DNA of 64,000 bases, taken from NCBI GenBank assembly GCA_965240465.1, contig OZ251219.1, forward strand, positions 1,184,001 to 1,248,000, read 5' to 3'. The notes under the pieces are model-generated. The model was not told where the DNA came from. It ran no database searches and worked only from the letters and a program-made list of their open reading frames with translations. How positions within the stretch are numbered: the first letter of the stretch is position 1; each line of letters starts with the position of its first letter. The translations under genes and the position numbers were made by a program. The DNA is from a bacterium. Lineage in GTDB: Bacteria; SAR324; JACQKK01. This document shows positions 49,715 through 59,485 of this stretch, one piece after another.

Positions 49715-52102
49715 CTAGCCTGCTTTATCGGCTTCTAGTAGTTCTTTGCGTATGGTGGGGAATATATTGGGACGGACGACTAGGGCACTAGCTAGTTGCA
49801 GTGGTCTCCAGTGTGCGAAGAAGCTGAGATTACCAGCGGAGATATTGCTAACGACGGCTGGCAAGTTAAGTTCTCTGGCTCTGCGGATGCCGTGTTCAAG
49901 CATGCTTAGTACGGCTGGATGTTTTTCGTCATAGAAGTCTCGTGCGAGTATATTGTTGGCGTCGGTGCCTTGTGCGAGTTGTGCGATATCGGCTACGCTG
50001 AATATGATTCCGTCCACCAAGTTTTTCAGTTCTTCTAGGATGTATATTTGGCATGGGGTTCGGATGAGTAGGTGTATATTCAGATTATCTTTGCTGGCTC
50101 TGAGTTTATTATTTGATAGAATATCCAGCAGTTTTTGGGTTTCTTTAGGGCTTTGTGTTGCGGGCAGGATGAGTTCTATTTGATTTTGCCCTAGTTCATT
50201 GCGAGCCCGAACGATGGCTTGAAGTTCCAGTTGGAAGGCTTTTTCGTAATCTAGGTCTTGGTAGCGGGAAACTCCTCTTGCTCCTAGGAGGGGGTTTTTT
50301 TCTATTTCGGTGAATTTAGTGCCTCCGATGAGCCGTGACATTTGGTCGCTGGTGGCATCAGAGAGCAGTACTCGGGTAGGTTTGGGGTATACTGAGGCGG
50401 CAATTTGGGCGATCATTTGAGAGAGTTTACGCAGGAAGAAATCTTTTTTATCGGGAAAGCCCACGCTGATTTCGTCCAGCTTATTTTTGTCATCAATGTA
50501 GGGGTAGTTGATAATTGCTAGCGGATGGACGGGCATTTCATGGGAGAGCAGTTCATCTACCCGCAGCAGACCGACCCCTTCATTAGGATAGCGAGCATCG
50601 GAGAAGCTTTGGTCGGGTTTAGCTTGGTGGAACATCAGTGATAGGGAGGGCATTTTCAGTTCGGAGAGTTTAACTGTTTCTTCTTTGAAGGGCAGCAAGC
50701 CATCATAGACTACTCCCTTGCTACCACCTGCACAGGATACGGTTATTTCCTGCCGATCATTTATGCTATTAGTTGCTCCTTCGGCTCCCACTATGCAGGG
50801 AATACCCAACTCGCGAGATATTATGGCAGCATGACTGGTGCGTCCACCCAGTTCGGTGACGATTGCAGAGGCGATGTTCATGATTGGTACCCAGTCGGGA
50901 TCGGTAATTTCTGTTACCAGCACCATGCCCTTCTTAAACATGTTGATGTCTCTGGCAGTCCTTAGTACGCAAGCTTGTCCACTGCCGACATAATCACCTA
51001 CAGCCATACCTGAACAGAGTATTCGGCTAGTTTTTTCCAGTTTTACTTGATGGATCAGGTCGGTATCGCGTCGGGAGATTACGGTTTCTGGTCGGGCTTG
51101 AACGATGAACAATTCCCCTGTTTTACCATCTTTAGCCCATTCTATGTCCATGGGTTTTCGGTAGCCGGCTTCTTGAGAATAGTGGTCTTCAATGATTTTC
51201 GCCCACTTAGCTAGTGTATAGACATCATCATCGCTGAGGCAAAATTGATCGCGTTCTGCTTGGGGGACGTCTTTATTTTCTATTCCCCTAGATCTCAGAT
51301 AGACCATCCGCTTTTGTTTTGCTCCCAGCAATGAGTAGATAATCGCCTTTTTGTTTAGGCTCAGGCTGGGCTTGTGAACGTACCATTCATCGGGATTGAT
51401 GGCTCCTTGTACGACATTTTCTCCTAGTCCATAACCGCCAGTGATGTAAATAGCGTCCTTAAAACCGCTTTCGGTATCAATGGAGAACATTACTCCTGCC
51501 GAGGCTAGGTCGCTACGCACCATTTTTTGTACTGCAATGGAAAGCGATACGGAGAAATGATCGAATTTCTTTTCCTGACGGTAAGCGATGGCTCTATTGG
51601 TGAACAAGGAGGCAAAGCAATTGCGGCATGATGTCAGTAGACATTTGTTTCCCTTTACGTTTAGGTAGCTTTCCTGTTGTCCTGCGAAGGAGGCATCGGG
51701 GAGGTCTTCTGCGGTAGCGGAGGATCTGATGGCAACATCTACATTTTTAGTTTTGTATTCATCACCCAGCTGCTCGTAAGCATCGGTGATGGAGTTGGCA
51801 AGCTCCTTAGACATGGATACCGAGCGAATTAAATCTCGGATATTCTTACCACGTTTAGCTAAATCCTTGATGTTTTTACCATCCAGACCTTTTAGGATGT
51901 CTACAATTTTTTCCTTAATGCCAGTACTTTCAACAAAATGATTGTAAGCATGTGCCGAAATAGCAAATCCACTGGGAATTCGTATGCCCCTGATGGTCAA
52001 ATTAGAGAACATTTCTCCTAAGGAAGCATTTTTGCCTCCCACGATGGGGACATCGCGGATGTCTAGATCTGCGAACCAATAAATGAAGTTGTTTCTTGCC
52101 AT
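49715..52102 (-). CDS. ppsA: PEP synthase homologue with degenerate C-terminal pyruvate/PEP-binding domain
   Basis: Intact VGGKNASLGEM, RSSATAEDLPDASFAGQQ, DIEWA, VQARPETV and GGRTSHAA motifs. C-terminal catalytic motifs are substituted (see findings). Confidence 0.88.
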   Translation of the reverse strand: MARNNFIYWFADLDIRDVPIVGGKNASLGEMFSNLTIRGIRIPSGFAISAHAYNHFVESTGIKEKIVDILKGLDGKNIKDLAKRGKNIRDLIRSVSMSKELANSITDAYEQLGDEYKTKNVDVAIRSSATAEDLPDASFAGQQESYLNVKGNKCLLTSCRNCFASLFTNRAIAYRQEKKFDHFSVSLSIAVQKMVRSDLASAGVMFSIDTESGFKDAIYITGGYGLGENVVQGAINPDEWYVHKPSLSLNKKAIIYSLLGAKQKRMVYLRSRGIENKDVPQAERDQFCLSDDDVYTLAKWAKIIEDHYSQEAGYRKPMDIEWAKDGKTGELFIVQARPETVISRRDTDLIHQVKLEKTSRILCSGMAVGDYVGSGQACVLRTARDINMFKKGMVLVTEITDPDWVPIMNIASAIVTELGGRTSHAAIISRELGIPCIVGAEGATNSINDRQEITVSCAGGSKGVVYDGLLPFKEETVKLSELKMPSLSLMFHQAKPDQSFSDARYPNEGVGLLRVDELLSHEMPVHPLAIINYPYIDDKNKLDEISVGFPDKKDFFLRKLSQMIAQIAASVYPKPTRVLLSDATSDQMSRLIGGTKFTEIEKNPLLGARGVSRYQDLDYEKAFQLELQAIVRARNELGQNQIELILPATQSPKETQKLLDILSNNKLRASKDNLNIHLLIRTPCQIYILEELKNLVDGIIFSVADIAQLAQGTDANNILARDFYDEKHPAVLSMLEHGIRRARELNLPAVVSNISAGNLSFFAHWRPLQLASALVVRPNIFPTIRKELLEADKAG

Positions 52103-52245
52103 GTTGCGTCAATCTCTGAGGGTGATAGGTACAATCTCTAAGGGTAATAGGTACAATCAGGGAACAAATATAATAATAGACAGATCTAATCAGGGATAAA
52201 TGCCATCTCTCTGTGAGAAATTTTCTTAAAGAACTTTAAGAAGCC

Positions 52246-52656
52246 TTAAGAAATAACGCCATCTGTAGTTAATTTGTCAATTATGGACTCCATTTCTTCT
52301 ACATCTTCCACATAGGGTATATCAAAGGTATCAGAAATCTTTTTATGTACGCTCCAGAGTTGTGAATGTACCGAATCGGGCTTGGTGGATAACAAAATCT
52401 CCTCATTTTTGCTTTCTTGAAACCTAGCCAGACCCTCAGCGATGTTGGTAAAGTAAGGGCGAAATTCCTTTTCGCCAAGTCCTGCTAGGGTTTTGGCGGT
52501 CTTAAATGCCATGTTAAAGTAGTTGGTCGCTGATTCCTGATCCTTATTCTGCAAGTCAGTGATGCCCTGCTTGACACACTTATTAAGGCGATTGAATAAT
52601 TTTAAGTTGCGTACCGTTTTAAGTGTATCGCTCATATGACAAAATTCCTTAAACAA
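52246..52656 (-). CDS. Hypothetical helical protein
   Basis: ORF with a probable start at MSDTLK after an AAGGA RBS. Confidence 0.6.
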   Translation of the reverse strand: MFKEFCHMSDTLKTVRNLKLFNRLNKCVKQGITDLQNKDQESATNYFNMAFKTAKTLAGLGEKEFRPYFTNIAEGLARFQESKNEEILLSTKPDSVHSQLWSVHKKISDTFDIPYVEDVEEMESIIDKLTTDGVIS

Positions 52657-52982
52657 CTATTAAAAAAATCCAAATATGGACCAAATATAAAGCACCTTGA
52701 CCCAAAGCCAGCTACCTTGTCATTAAGCCACCAGCTACCTAAGCCACCAGCCACCTCTCGAGAAGCTACCAGCTACCTTTAAGGTCTTCATGTACTATGT
52801 AAGCATGATACTAATTTATTTACAAGCATTCTAGCTGGTAAGTATTAGAATGCCATAAGCAAGTACTCGTGCTAGATTTGGCATGGGAGCATGAATTCTC
52901 TCAGTAGCAGACCGAGAATAACACCTAAAAAGAACATCCGAACAGAACATCCGAACAGAACATCCAAAAATAACATCTAAGC

Positions 52983-54863
52983 ATGGACAAAAAAAGCAAG
53001 CAGCCAGTAAATAAGAGGGTTAAGAAAAATAAGATTGATGGGGGAATTCTGGTAATCAATTTTGGGGGTCAATATGCTCATTTGATTGCCAAGCAAATTC
53101 GTAGTTTGGGGGCAAGTGCAATCATGGATTCTCCTGAAGTGCTACCACATGATTATAGGGCGGAGGGATTAAAGGGTATCATTTTATCGGGTGGTCCGCG
53201 TTCGGTATGGGAGGGGGGATCGCCAGAATTAAATCCCTTTTTGTGGAGGACCAAGTTGCCGATCTTAGGGTTGTGTTATGGACATCAGTTAATTGCGAGG
53301 ATCTATGGTGGCGGAGTGAATACTCAGCAACAGGGAGAATATGGCAAGACCCGCTTGGAATCAGTAGATACTAGCCATCCGCTATTTAAGGGATTGGAAA
53401 ATGCCGTAAAGTCTAGGGGAAGCAGAATGCGGGAGGTCTGGATGAGCCATCAAGATACCGTCCGCGAGGCTCCCCCAGGATTTGAGGTTTTGGCAAGTAC
53501 CAGGGAATGCCCTGTGATAGCGATGGCTGATGATGAGCGAAAACGATATGGTTTGCAGTTTCATCCAGAGGTAAAGGACACTCCCTTTGGCAGGGATATC
53601 TTGGCTAATTTTTTAGAATTAGCAGAGGTAAAGATTGATCGGAGTATGAGGGATGTACAGGCTGATTTAGAAAAGCAATGCAAGATTCAAGTGGGTGAAC
53701 GCAAGGTGCTGATGTTCTTAAGTGGTGGGGTGGATAGCACGGTAGCATTTGCCTTATTGAATAATGCCTTGGGTGTGGATCGGGTACGGGGAATCTTTGT
53801 GGATAATGGCTTCTTGCGTTTGGGTGAGGTGGAGCAGGTACGGAAATCTTATGCTGCTTTGGGATGGAAGAATATCAAGTATGTAGATGCCTCAGCCTAT
53901 TTTTTGCGGGCTTTGAAGGGTTTGACTGATCCTCAGGAGAAGCGGATCGCGGTAGGGGAGGCATTTTTAAGAGTACGGGATATTCAGTTAAAGGAGATGG
54001 GATTAAATCCTGAGGAGTGGATGTTGGGGCAGGGGACTTTGTATCCTGATATTATTGAATCTGGCGGAGAGGAGCATGCGGCGGTAATCAAGTGGCATCA
54101 TAATCGGGTGCCTGCGATAGCTGACATGATTAAGGCTGGTTTGGTGATTGAACCCTTAAAGGATTTATACAAGGATGAGGTGCGTGAATTGGGGACGGAG
54201 CTGGGTTTGCCAAAGGAGTTGGTATGGCGACATCCTTTCCCGGGCCCGGGGTTATCCATCAATGTGATTTGCTCGCATTGGGGGGAACACTCAATCGTAG
54301 ATCCTGTTAAGGGATCGCAGATGGATGAGTTGCCAAGTGGCTGTGGCTATAAGGGGATGGTATTGCCAGTGTTTTCGGTGGGGGTACAGGGGGATGCCCG
54401 CACTTATGTTAATCCAGCGTGCTTGAGCGGTCTACCAGACTGGGAGGCTTTGGAGGATTTATCTACCAATATAACCAATGAGGTGAGTGAGGTTAATCGG
54501 GTGGTGTATTTATTGGGTGGGCAGTTGTCGGATTTGTCCTTGCAGGTGGGATTTTGCGACAAGGGGCGTTTGGATGTGCTTCGCGATGCGGATTGGCTAG
54601 CGACCACTGCTTTTGAAAAAGCTGGCTGGATGGAGAAGATTTTTCAGTTGTTGGTGATCTTGCTTCCATTTGGTAAGTCTGCTAAATCAGGTTCTGTGGT
54701 GTTGCGACCAGTCATTTCGGAGGATGTAATGACGGCTAGATTCGCCCAGCCTCCTTGGGAGTTATTGGAGGAATTAACTCCTCAGTTGTTGGAATTGCCA
54801 GCTATTGATGCGGTATTCTATGATATAACGCATAAGCCACCAGCTACTTTTGGCTGGGAATAG
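52983..54863 (+). CDS. guaA: GMP synthase (glutamine-hydrolysing)
   Basis: LGLCYGHQ, QFHPEV, LSGGVDS, HPFPGPGL and KPPATFGWE motifs. Confidence 0.97.
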   Translation: MDKKSKQPVNKRVKKNKIDGGILVINFGGQYAHLIAKQIRSLGASAIMDSPEVLPHDYRAEGLKGIILSGGPRSVWEGGSPELNPFLWRTKLPILGLCYGHQLIARIYGGGVNTQQQGEYGKTRLESVDTSHPLFKGLENAVKSRGSRMREVWMSHQDTVREAPPGFEVLASTRECPVIAMADDERKRYGLQFHPEVKDTPFGRDILANFLELAEVKIDRSMRDVQADLEKQCKIQVGERKVLMFLSGGVDSTVAFALLNNALGVDRVRGIFVDNGFLRLGEVEQVRKSYAALGWKNIKYVDASAYFLRALKGLTDPQEKRIAVGEAFLRVRDIQLKEMGLNPEEWMLGQGTLYPDIIESGGEEHAAVIKWHHNRVPAIADMIKAGLVIEPLKDLYKDEVRELGTELGLPKELVWRHPFPGPGLSINVICSHWGEHSIVDPVKGSQMDELPSGCGYKGMVLPVFSVGVQGDARTYVNPACLSGLPDWEALEDLSTNITNEVSEVNRVVYLLGGQLSDLSLQVGFCDKGRLDVLRDADWLATTAFEKAGWMEKIFQLLVILLPFGKSAKSGSVVLRPVISEDVMTARFAQPPWELLEELTPQLLELPAIDAVFYDITHKPPATFGWE

Positions 54864-54917
54864 CCTCCCCAGTGATTATACTCAGTGATTATACTCGGTT
54901 AGCATTGTCTAGTTTCA

Positions 54918-56108
54918 ATGAAAAAGAATTCTGATGGAGTAGTAGGGGTAGCAACAGAAAAGAGATTATTTGCTGCGAGGGTTATTGTAGATGCTAGGTT
55001 TTTGGGGAGTGGTTCTGGGTTAGACGCTTATGTGAGGCATTTATTGCCTGAGGTGGCTAGATTATTACCTAAGGTGGAATTCATATTATTAGCTGATCCT
55101 GAGGTTAGATTGCGATTTTCGTGGTTAGATGGCGAGCAGTTTTCTATTTATCCCATGTTGAGTAAGGCTTATTCTTGGGGGGAGCAGTGGAGATTTTTTG
55201 GTGTTCCTAGGGGTGATTTGTTTTGGTCTTGCAATTTCAACGTTCCTATTTTTTTTACTAGTCCTTTTTTTCCTACTAGGACTTTGCTAGTGACAATCCA
55301 TGATTTAATGCTTGATAATTTTTATGCTACCAAGTTGCCGTGGTACAAGCTCAGAATGTTGCGAGTTTATATGCGGACGATCATCAAGAAGGCGGCGGGG
55401 ATTATTTGTATTTCGGGATTTAGTAGAAATGAGATTGTATGGAGATATGGTTTACCTGCTGGTCGGCTAAAAGTAATTAGGTTGGGAGTAGCTGATAGTT
55501 GGTTTAGGCTACGGGCGGACAAGAGAACAGTCCATGCCCGCCCATTTTTTTTGTTTGTGGGTAATTTGAGGCAACACAAAAACTTAGTTAATCTTATTTA
55601 TGCTTTTCGTCAGGTGCGAGAAAAAACGAAACATGATTTGGTTATCATAGGCAGTGCAAAGGGAAAATTCGGCACTGATAGCGAGGTCTTGAAATTGATG
55701 CATTCTGAAACGAGGGTTTATTATAAGGGGTCTTTATCGCAAGAGCAGACGGAGCAGTTTTTTATTCAGTGCGATGCCTTTGTGTTTCCATCTTTGTACG
55801 AGGGGTTTGGTCTACCTCCCTTAGAGGCGATGGCTTGTGGAAAGCCCGTGGTAGCTTCTTATAGCACGGCAATTCCCGAGGTCTGTAATAAGGCGGTGCT
55901 GTACTTTGACCCTCTGGATGTTGATGACATCGCTGAAAAAATGTTGCGGGTAACGAAAGATAAAAATTTACGCCAACAGCTAGTGCATGATGGTCATTTG
56001 CGGGCGAGGCAGTTCACTTGGAAAAATTGTGCTAAGGAAACCAGTGAGCTATTGTTGGATGTCCTGCAAAAAACAAAAAAAGGTAGGCTAAGCCTAGCTA
56101 AACACTAA
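54918..56108 (+). CDS. Glycosyltransferase family 4 (GT-B)
   Basis: VTIHDL, HKNL and PSLYEGFGLPPLEAMACG motifs. Confidence 0.9.
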   Translation: MKKNSDGVVGVATEKRLFAARVIVDARFLGSGSGLDAYVRHLLPEVARLLPKVEFILLADPEVRLRFSWLDGEQFSIYPMLSKAYSWGEQWRFFGVPRGDLFWSCNFNVPIFFTSPFFPTRTLLVTIHDLMLDNFYATKLPWYKLRMLRVYMRTIIKKAAGIICISGFSRNEIVWRYGLPAGRLKVIRLGVADSWFRLRADKRTVHARPFFLFVGNLRQHKNLVNLIYAFRQVREKTKHDLVIIGSAKGKFGTDSEVLKLMHSETRVYYKGSLSQEQTEQFFIQCDAFVFPSLYEGFGLPPLEAMACGKPVVASYSTAIPEVCNKAVLYFDPLDVDDIAEKMLRVTKDKNLRQQLVHDGHLRARQFTWKNCAKETSELLLDVLQKTKKGRLSLAKH

Positions 56109-56123
56109 GAATGAGTCAGGGCA

Positions 56124-57245
56124 GTGAAAATTGCGGTTGTTTGTGATTGGCTGGATAGCTATTCGGGTGCAGAGCGGGTTCTAGAACAGATATTATATTT
56201 GTTCCCTGAGGCTACCTTGTATTCGCTGGTGGATTTTGTTCAAGAGAGAGAATTCTTACAGGGACATAAACCGCGAACTAGTCTTTTACAGCATTTTCCT
56301 TGGGCACGGAGGCATTTTCGGGCTTTTCTGCCTCTGATGCCCAGGATGATAGAAAGCCTCAATCTGCGAGATTATGACGTAATAATATCTAGTTCTCATG
56401 CGGTAGCAAAGGGAGTACGGGTTCGGGCTAATCAATTACATTTGTGTTACTGCCATACTCCGATGCGATATGCGTGGATATTTGAGTCGCAGTACTTAGC
56501 CAGCCTAGGCGGAGCAATGAATCCTGCGGTATGGGCTGCTCGGCTGCTGATGAGGCAGATCAGGCGTTGGGATGCGGGCTGTTGTGATAGGGTATCCAAA
56601 TTCGTAGCCAATTCTCACTATGTAGCGGCTCGGATTAAGACTGTTTATGGTCGCGTGGCGGAAGTGATTTATCCTCCGGTGGATGTGTCTCGCTTTCGGG
56701 TAGGAAAGTGGCCGCGACGAGGACCTTATTGCACGGCGTCGCGCTTGGTACCCTACAAAAGAATTGATCTGCTGAGTGAAGCTTTTTCGCAAATGCCAGC
56801 GCGTCAATTGGTGGTCATCGGAGGAGGAAAAGCTCTGCCTCATTTGCGTGCTAGGGCACCTGCCAATGTGAAATTTCTGGGTCACCTTCCTCCAGAGGAA
56901 ATGCAGCAGCACTTGCGTGAAGCCCGAGCCTTCTTATTTGCAGCCGAAGAAGATTTTGGTATTCTTCCCGTAGAAGCCCAAGCCAGCGGAACTCCAGTGC
57001 TTGCCTACGGCAAAGGAGGAGTGTTAGAGTCGGTCAGGGGCTTGGATAATCGGCATCCAACAGGGATATTCTTTCCTGAGCAAAGTGTTTCGTCAGTAAT
57101 CCAAGCAGTGGAAAAATTTGAACAACTGGAAGCCAACTTTTCGCCTGCTGCCTGTCGTAAAAATGCCGAACGCTTCTCTAATGAAATTTTCAGGCGTGCT
57201 TTCTTCAGAACTTTCTCTAAACTTGTCAATGATGCTCGCGGTTAA
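56124..57245 (+). CDS. Glycosyltransferase family 4 (mannosyltransferase-like)
   Basis: GAERV, CHTPMRYAW, RLVPYKR and EDFGILPVEAQASG motifs. Confidence 0.9.
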   Translation: MKIAVVCDWLDSYSGAERVLEQILYLFPEATLYSLVDFVQEREFLQGHKPRTSLLQHFPWARRHFRAFLPLMPRMIESLNLRDYDVIISSSHAVAKGVRVRANQLHLCYCHTPMRYAWIFESQYLASLGGAMNPAVWAARLLMRQIRRWDAGCCDRVSKFVANSHYVAARIKTVYGRVAEVIYPPVDVSRFRVGKWPRRGPYCTASRLVPYKRIDLLSEAFSQMPARQLVVIGGGKALPHLRARAPANVKFLGHLPPEEMQQHLREARAFLFAAEEDFGILPVEAQASGTPVLAYGKGGVLESVRGLDNRHPTGIFFPEQSVSSVIQAVEKFEQLEANFSPAACRKNAERFSNEIFRRAFFRTFSKLVNDARG

Positions 57246-57319
57246 TCGCTGAAGCTCATTAAAAACAAAACGTAAGGCAGAACGTAAAGCAGAACATATC
57301 ACTTCGGATAATTGAAACA

Positions 57320-58072
57320 ATGAGAGCCTTAAAAAAGCAAACAGTAATGCCTATCGGTACCCAACCTAACAAGGTGATTGCGTCTGTATTTTCATCTATC
57401 AGGGAGGTTATACAACCAAGACTGGAATTGCCAAAGGGGATGCAATACAACCAGCGTCTAAAAATGGAGGGTCTCCATTTTCTTGGCAAAATACCAGATA
57501 AACAAATATCCGTTGCCTTTCTAGACCCTCAATATAGAGGGGTGCTAGACCATTTGAACTATGGCAATGAGGGAGAAAAACGCGGTAAATCACGAAGTTC
57601 ATTGCCACAAATGACCGACAACATACCCAAATTTGTGCAAGAAATAGATCGCGTCTTAATCCCCAGTGGTCACTTGTTTCTCTGGATGGATAAATTCCAT
57701 TTGTGTACTGGGTTTCAGGATTGGTTGGATGGCACCTCTTTAGATGTGGTTGACATGGTCACTTGGGATAAGGGCAGGATCGGCATGGGATACAGAACAC
57801 GCCGTACTGGGGAATATCTCATTGTGCTGCAAAAAGAGCCACGCAAGGCAAAGGGAGTATGGAAGGTCCATAATATCCCCGATGTTTATAAAGAAAAAGT
57901 ACCCAATGGAAATGGAGTACATCCAAAACCAGTAGGGCTACAGGGAGAACTCATAGAAGCCGTTTCAAACTCGGGAGATGTGGTGATAGACCCCGCGGCA
58001 GGGTCTTTTTCCGTGTTAAGGGCTTGCGAAAAACTGAGGCGTAATTTCTTGGGTTGTGATATTAACGGATAA
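57320..58072 (+). CDS. Site-specific amino-DNA methyltransferase (N6A/N4C, beta-type motif order)
   Basis: Catalytic motif IV DPQY precedes HPKP and SAM-binding VIDPAAGS...GCDI. Confidence 0.85.
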   Translation: MRALKKQTVMPIGTQPNKVIASVFSSIREVIQPRLELPKGMQYNQRLKMEGLHFLGKIPDKQISVAFLDPQYRGVLDHLNYGNEGEKRGKSRSSLPQMTDNIPKFVQEIDRVLIPSGHLFLWMDKFHLCTGFQDWLDGTSLDVVDMVTWDKGRIGMGYRTRRTGEYLIVLQKEPRKAKGVWKVHNIPDVYKEKVPNGNGVHPKPVGLQGELIEAVSNSGDVVIDPAAGSFSVLRACEKLRRNFLGCDING

Positions 58073-58534
58073 TGGCTCTTTTAAAAAATGCCCGTGGGAG
58101 AAAAAACGGGGAGAGTAGCAACTATTCTAGGCTGCTAGGCAATCCCGACTTAGGTAAGCTGATAAGTCGCGTACACGCATCAACTATCACAGCTGGATTG
58201 GAATTGGAGAAGATAATAGCTGCTCGTGTGAAATCCATTTCAGATCTAGACGATTTTCTGAGCCAAGAACTGATGCCTGATGGTGTGTTCTTAGTTACAA
58301 AGGAACAACAAGGAAGAAATACATAAAGGATTTAAGAAAAAAATATCTCTGGCTGAGTGCATGACTGGACGCGAGTTTTGCAAACTGTTAGAAATTGACT
58401 ATGATGATATTGTGGCGAATAGAAAGAAAGAAGACGCGAGTAAAAACTTTTTGTACTTCATCCAAGAATTACTAAAAATTGATGAGGTAAGGGAAGTCAT
58501 GAGAAAACATTTTGCAGACTTAAAAAATGAGTAA
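58072..58534 (+). pseudogene. Probable frameshifted or internally deleted type II restriction endonuclease
   Basis: 84-aa ORF overlapping the MTase stop ends at 58326; a +1 frame open 58295-58534 continues with protein-like NKEEIHKGFKKKISLAECMTGREFCKLLEIDYDDIV... Confidence 0.6.
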
Positions 58535-58567
58535 GCTTGTCCATAAGCCCTCAATTATTCATTAACA

Positions 58568-59485
58568 ATGGAATTTTATATGCCTTCTAAGCGTAAAAAA
58601 ACAAAAACTGCTCCCAAAATAGCCAAAAAGATCACTCCGATCCCAGCAGCTAGCCCTCCTGAATCCCAAGGGCCACGCGGATACTGGCTGGGACTGAAAA
58701 TTCTGGCTGGAACGGGTATCTTGCTGACCGCCTACTTGACAATCTTAGCTTGGCTGAATGTTTCACCATTGGCTTGTGTTGAAGGCTCCGCCTGCGAGGC
58801 AGTACAATCCAGCCGCTGGGGAAGCTTGTTGGGATTACCTACATCCCTGTTTGGATTTCTATTTTATGCCGCGATACTCGGAGTGCTATTGCGAGTTCCT
58901 AATCTGGAACGCCGTTGGCGTTTGTTGTGGCGTTTTTCCTTATCAGCCTTGGCGATAAGCCTATATCTGATGACAATATCGCTATTTGTTATCAAGGCTA
59001 CCTGCTTGTATTGTCTGGCTTCTTTGTTATTGGTGATTGCCATCTTGGTACTGGTGATCTTATCTCGCCCGCCTCAAGTGATTATTGGAAGGTGGTTAAA
59101 GTACTCTGGGGCTGGTTTTGTAGCGATATTGATAGCCGTTCATTCGGTATATGCGTTGCCAAACTTTCTGCCAGACTTTCTGCCAGGGAAGGAAGATCCC
59201 TATCTTAAGGGCTTAGCCGAGCATTTAAGTAAGAATGCCGTAATGTACGGTGCTTCTTGGTGTTCTGCCTGTAAGAAACAAAAATCTTACTTCAAGCGTT
59301 CTGCTAAACGCTTGAAATATGTGGAATGTAGCGAGAGGGGAATTAGAGGACCTCAATCACCACGCTGTATTATTAAGGGTATTAACAGCTACCCTACTTG
59401 GTTTATCAATGGAAAAAGGCATGCCCCTGGTATTATCAAGATAAAAGAGCTAGCTGAATTAACAGGGTATGAGCCTCCCCAGTAA
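58568..59485 (+). CDS. Vitamin K epoxide reductase (VKOR) family protein fused to a thioredoxin-like domain
   Basis: CVEGSAC, CLYC, and C-terminal GASWCSAC...SYPTW motifs. Confidence 0.9.
   Translation: MEFYMPSKRKKTKTAPKIAKKITPIPAASPPESQGPRGYWLGLKILAGTGILLTAYLTILAWLNVSPLACVEGSACEAVQSSRWGSLLGLPTSLFGFLFYAAILGVLLRVPNLERRWRLLWRFSLSALAISLYLMTISLFVIKATCLYCLASLLLVIAILVLVILSRPPQVIIGRWLKYSGAGFVAILIAVHSVYALPNFLPDFLPGKEDPYLKGLAEHLSKNAVMYGASWCSACKKQKSYFKRSAKRLKYVECSERGIRGPQSPRCIIKGINSYPTWFINGKRHAPGIIKIKELAELTGYEPPQ

Noticed and set aside
49715-52102. ppsA or ppdK as simple pseudogenes
   Set aside because: Neither has stops or frameshifts, lengths are full, and the loss of motifs is confined to one domain in each.
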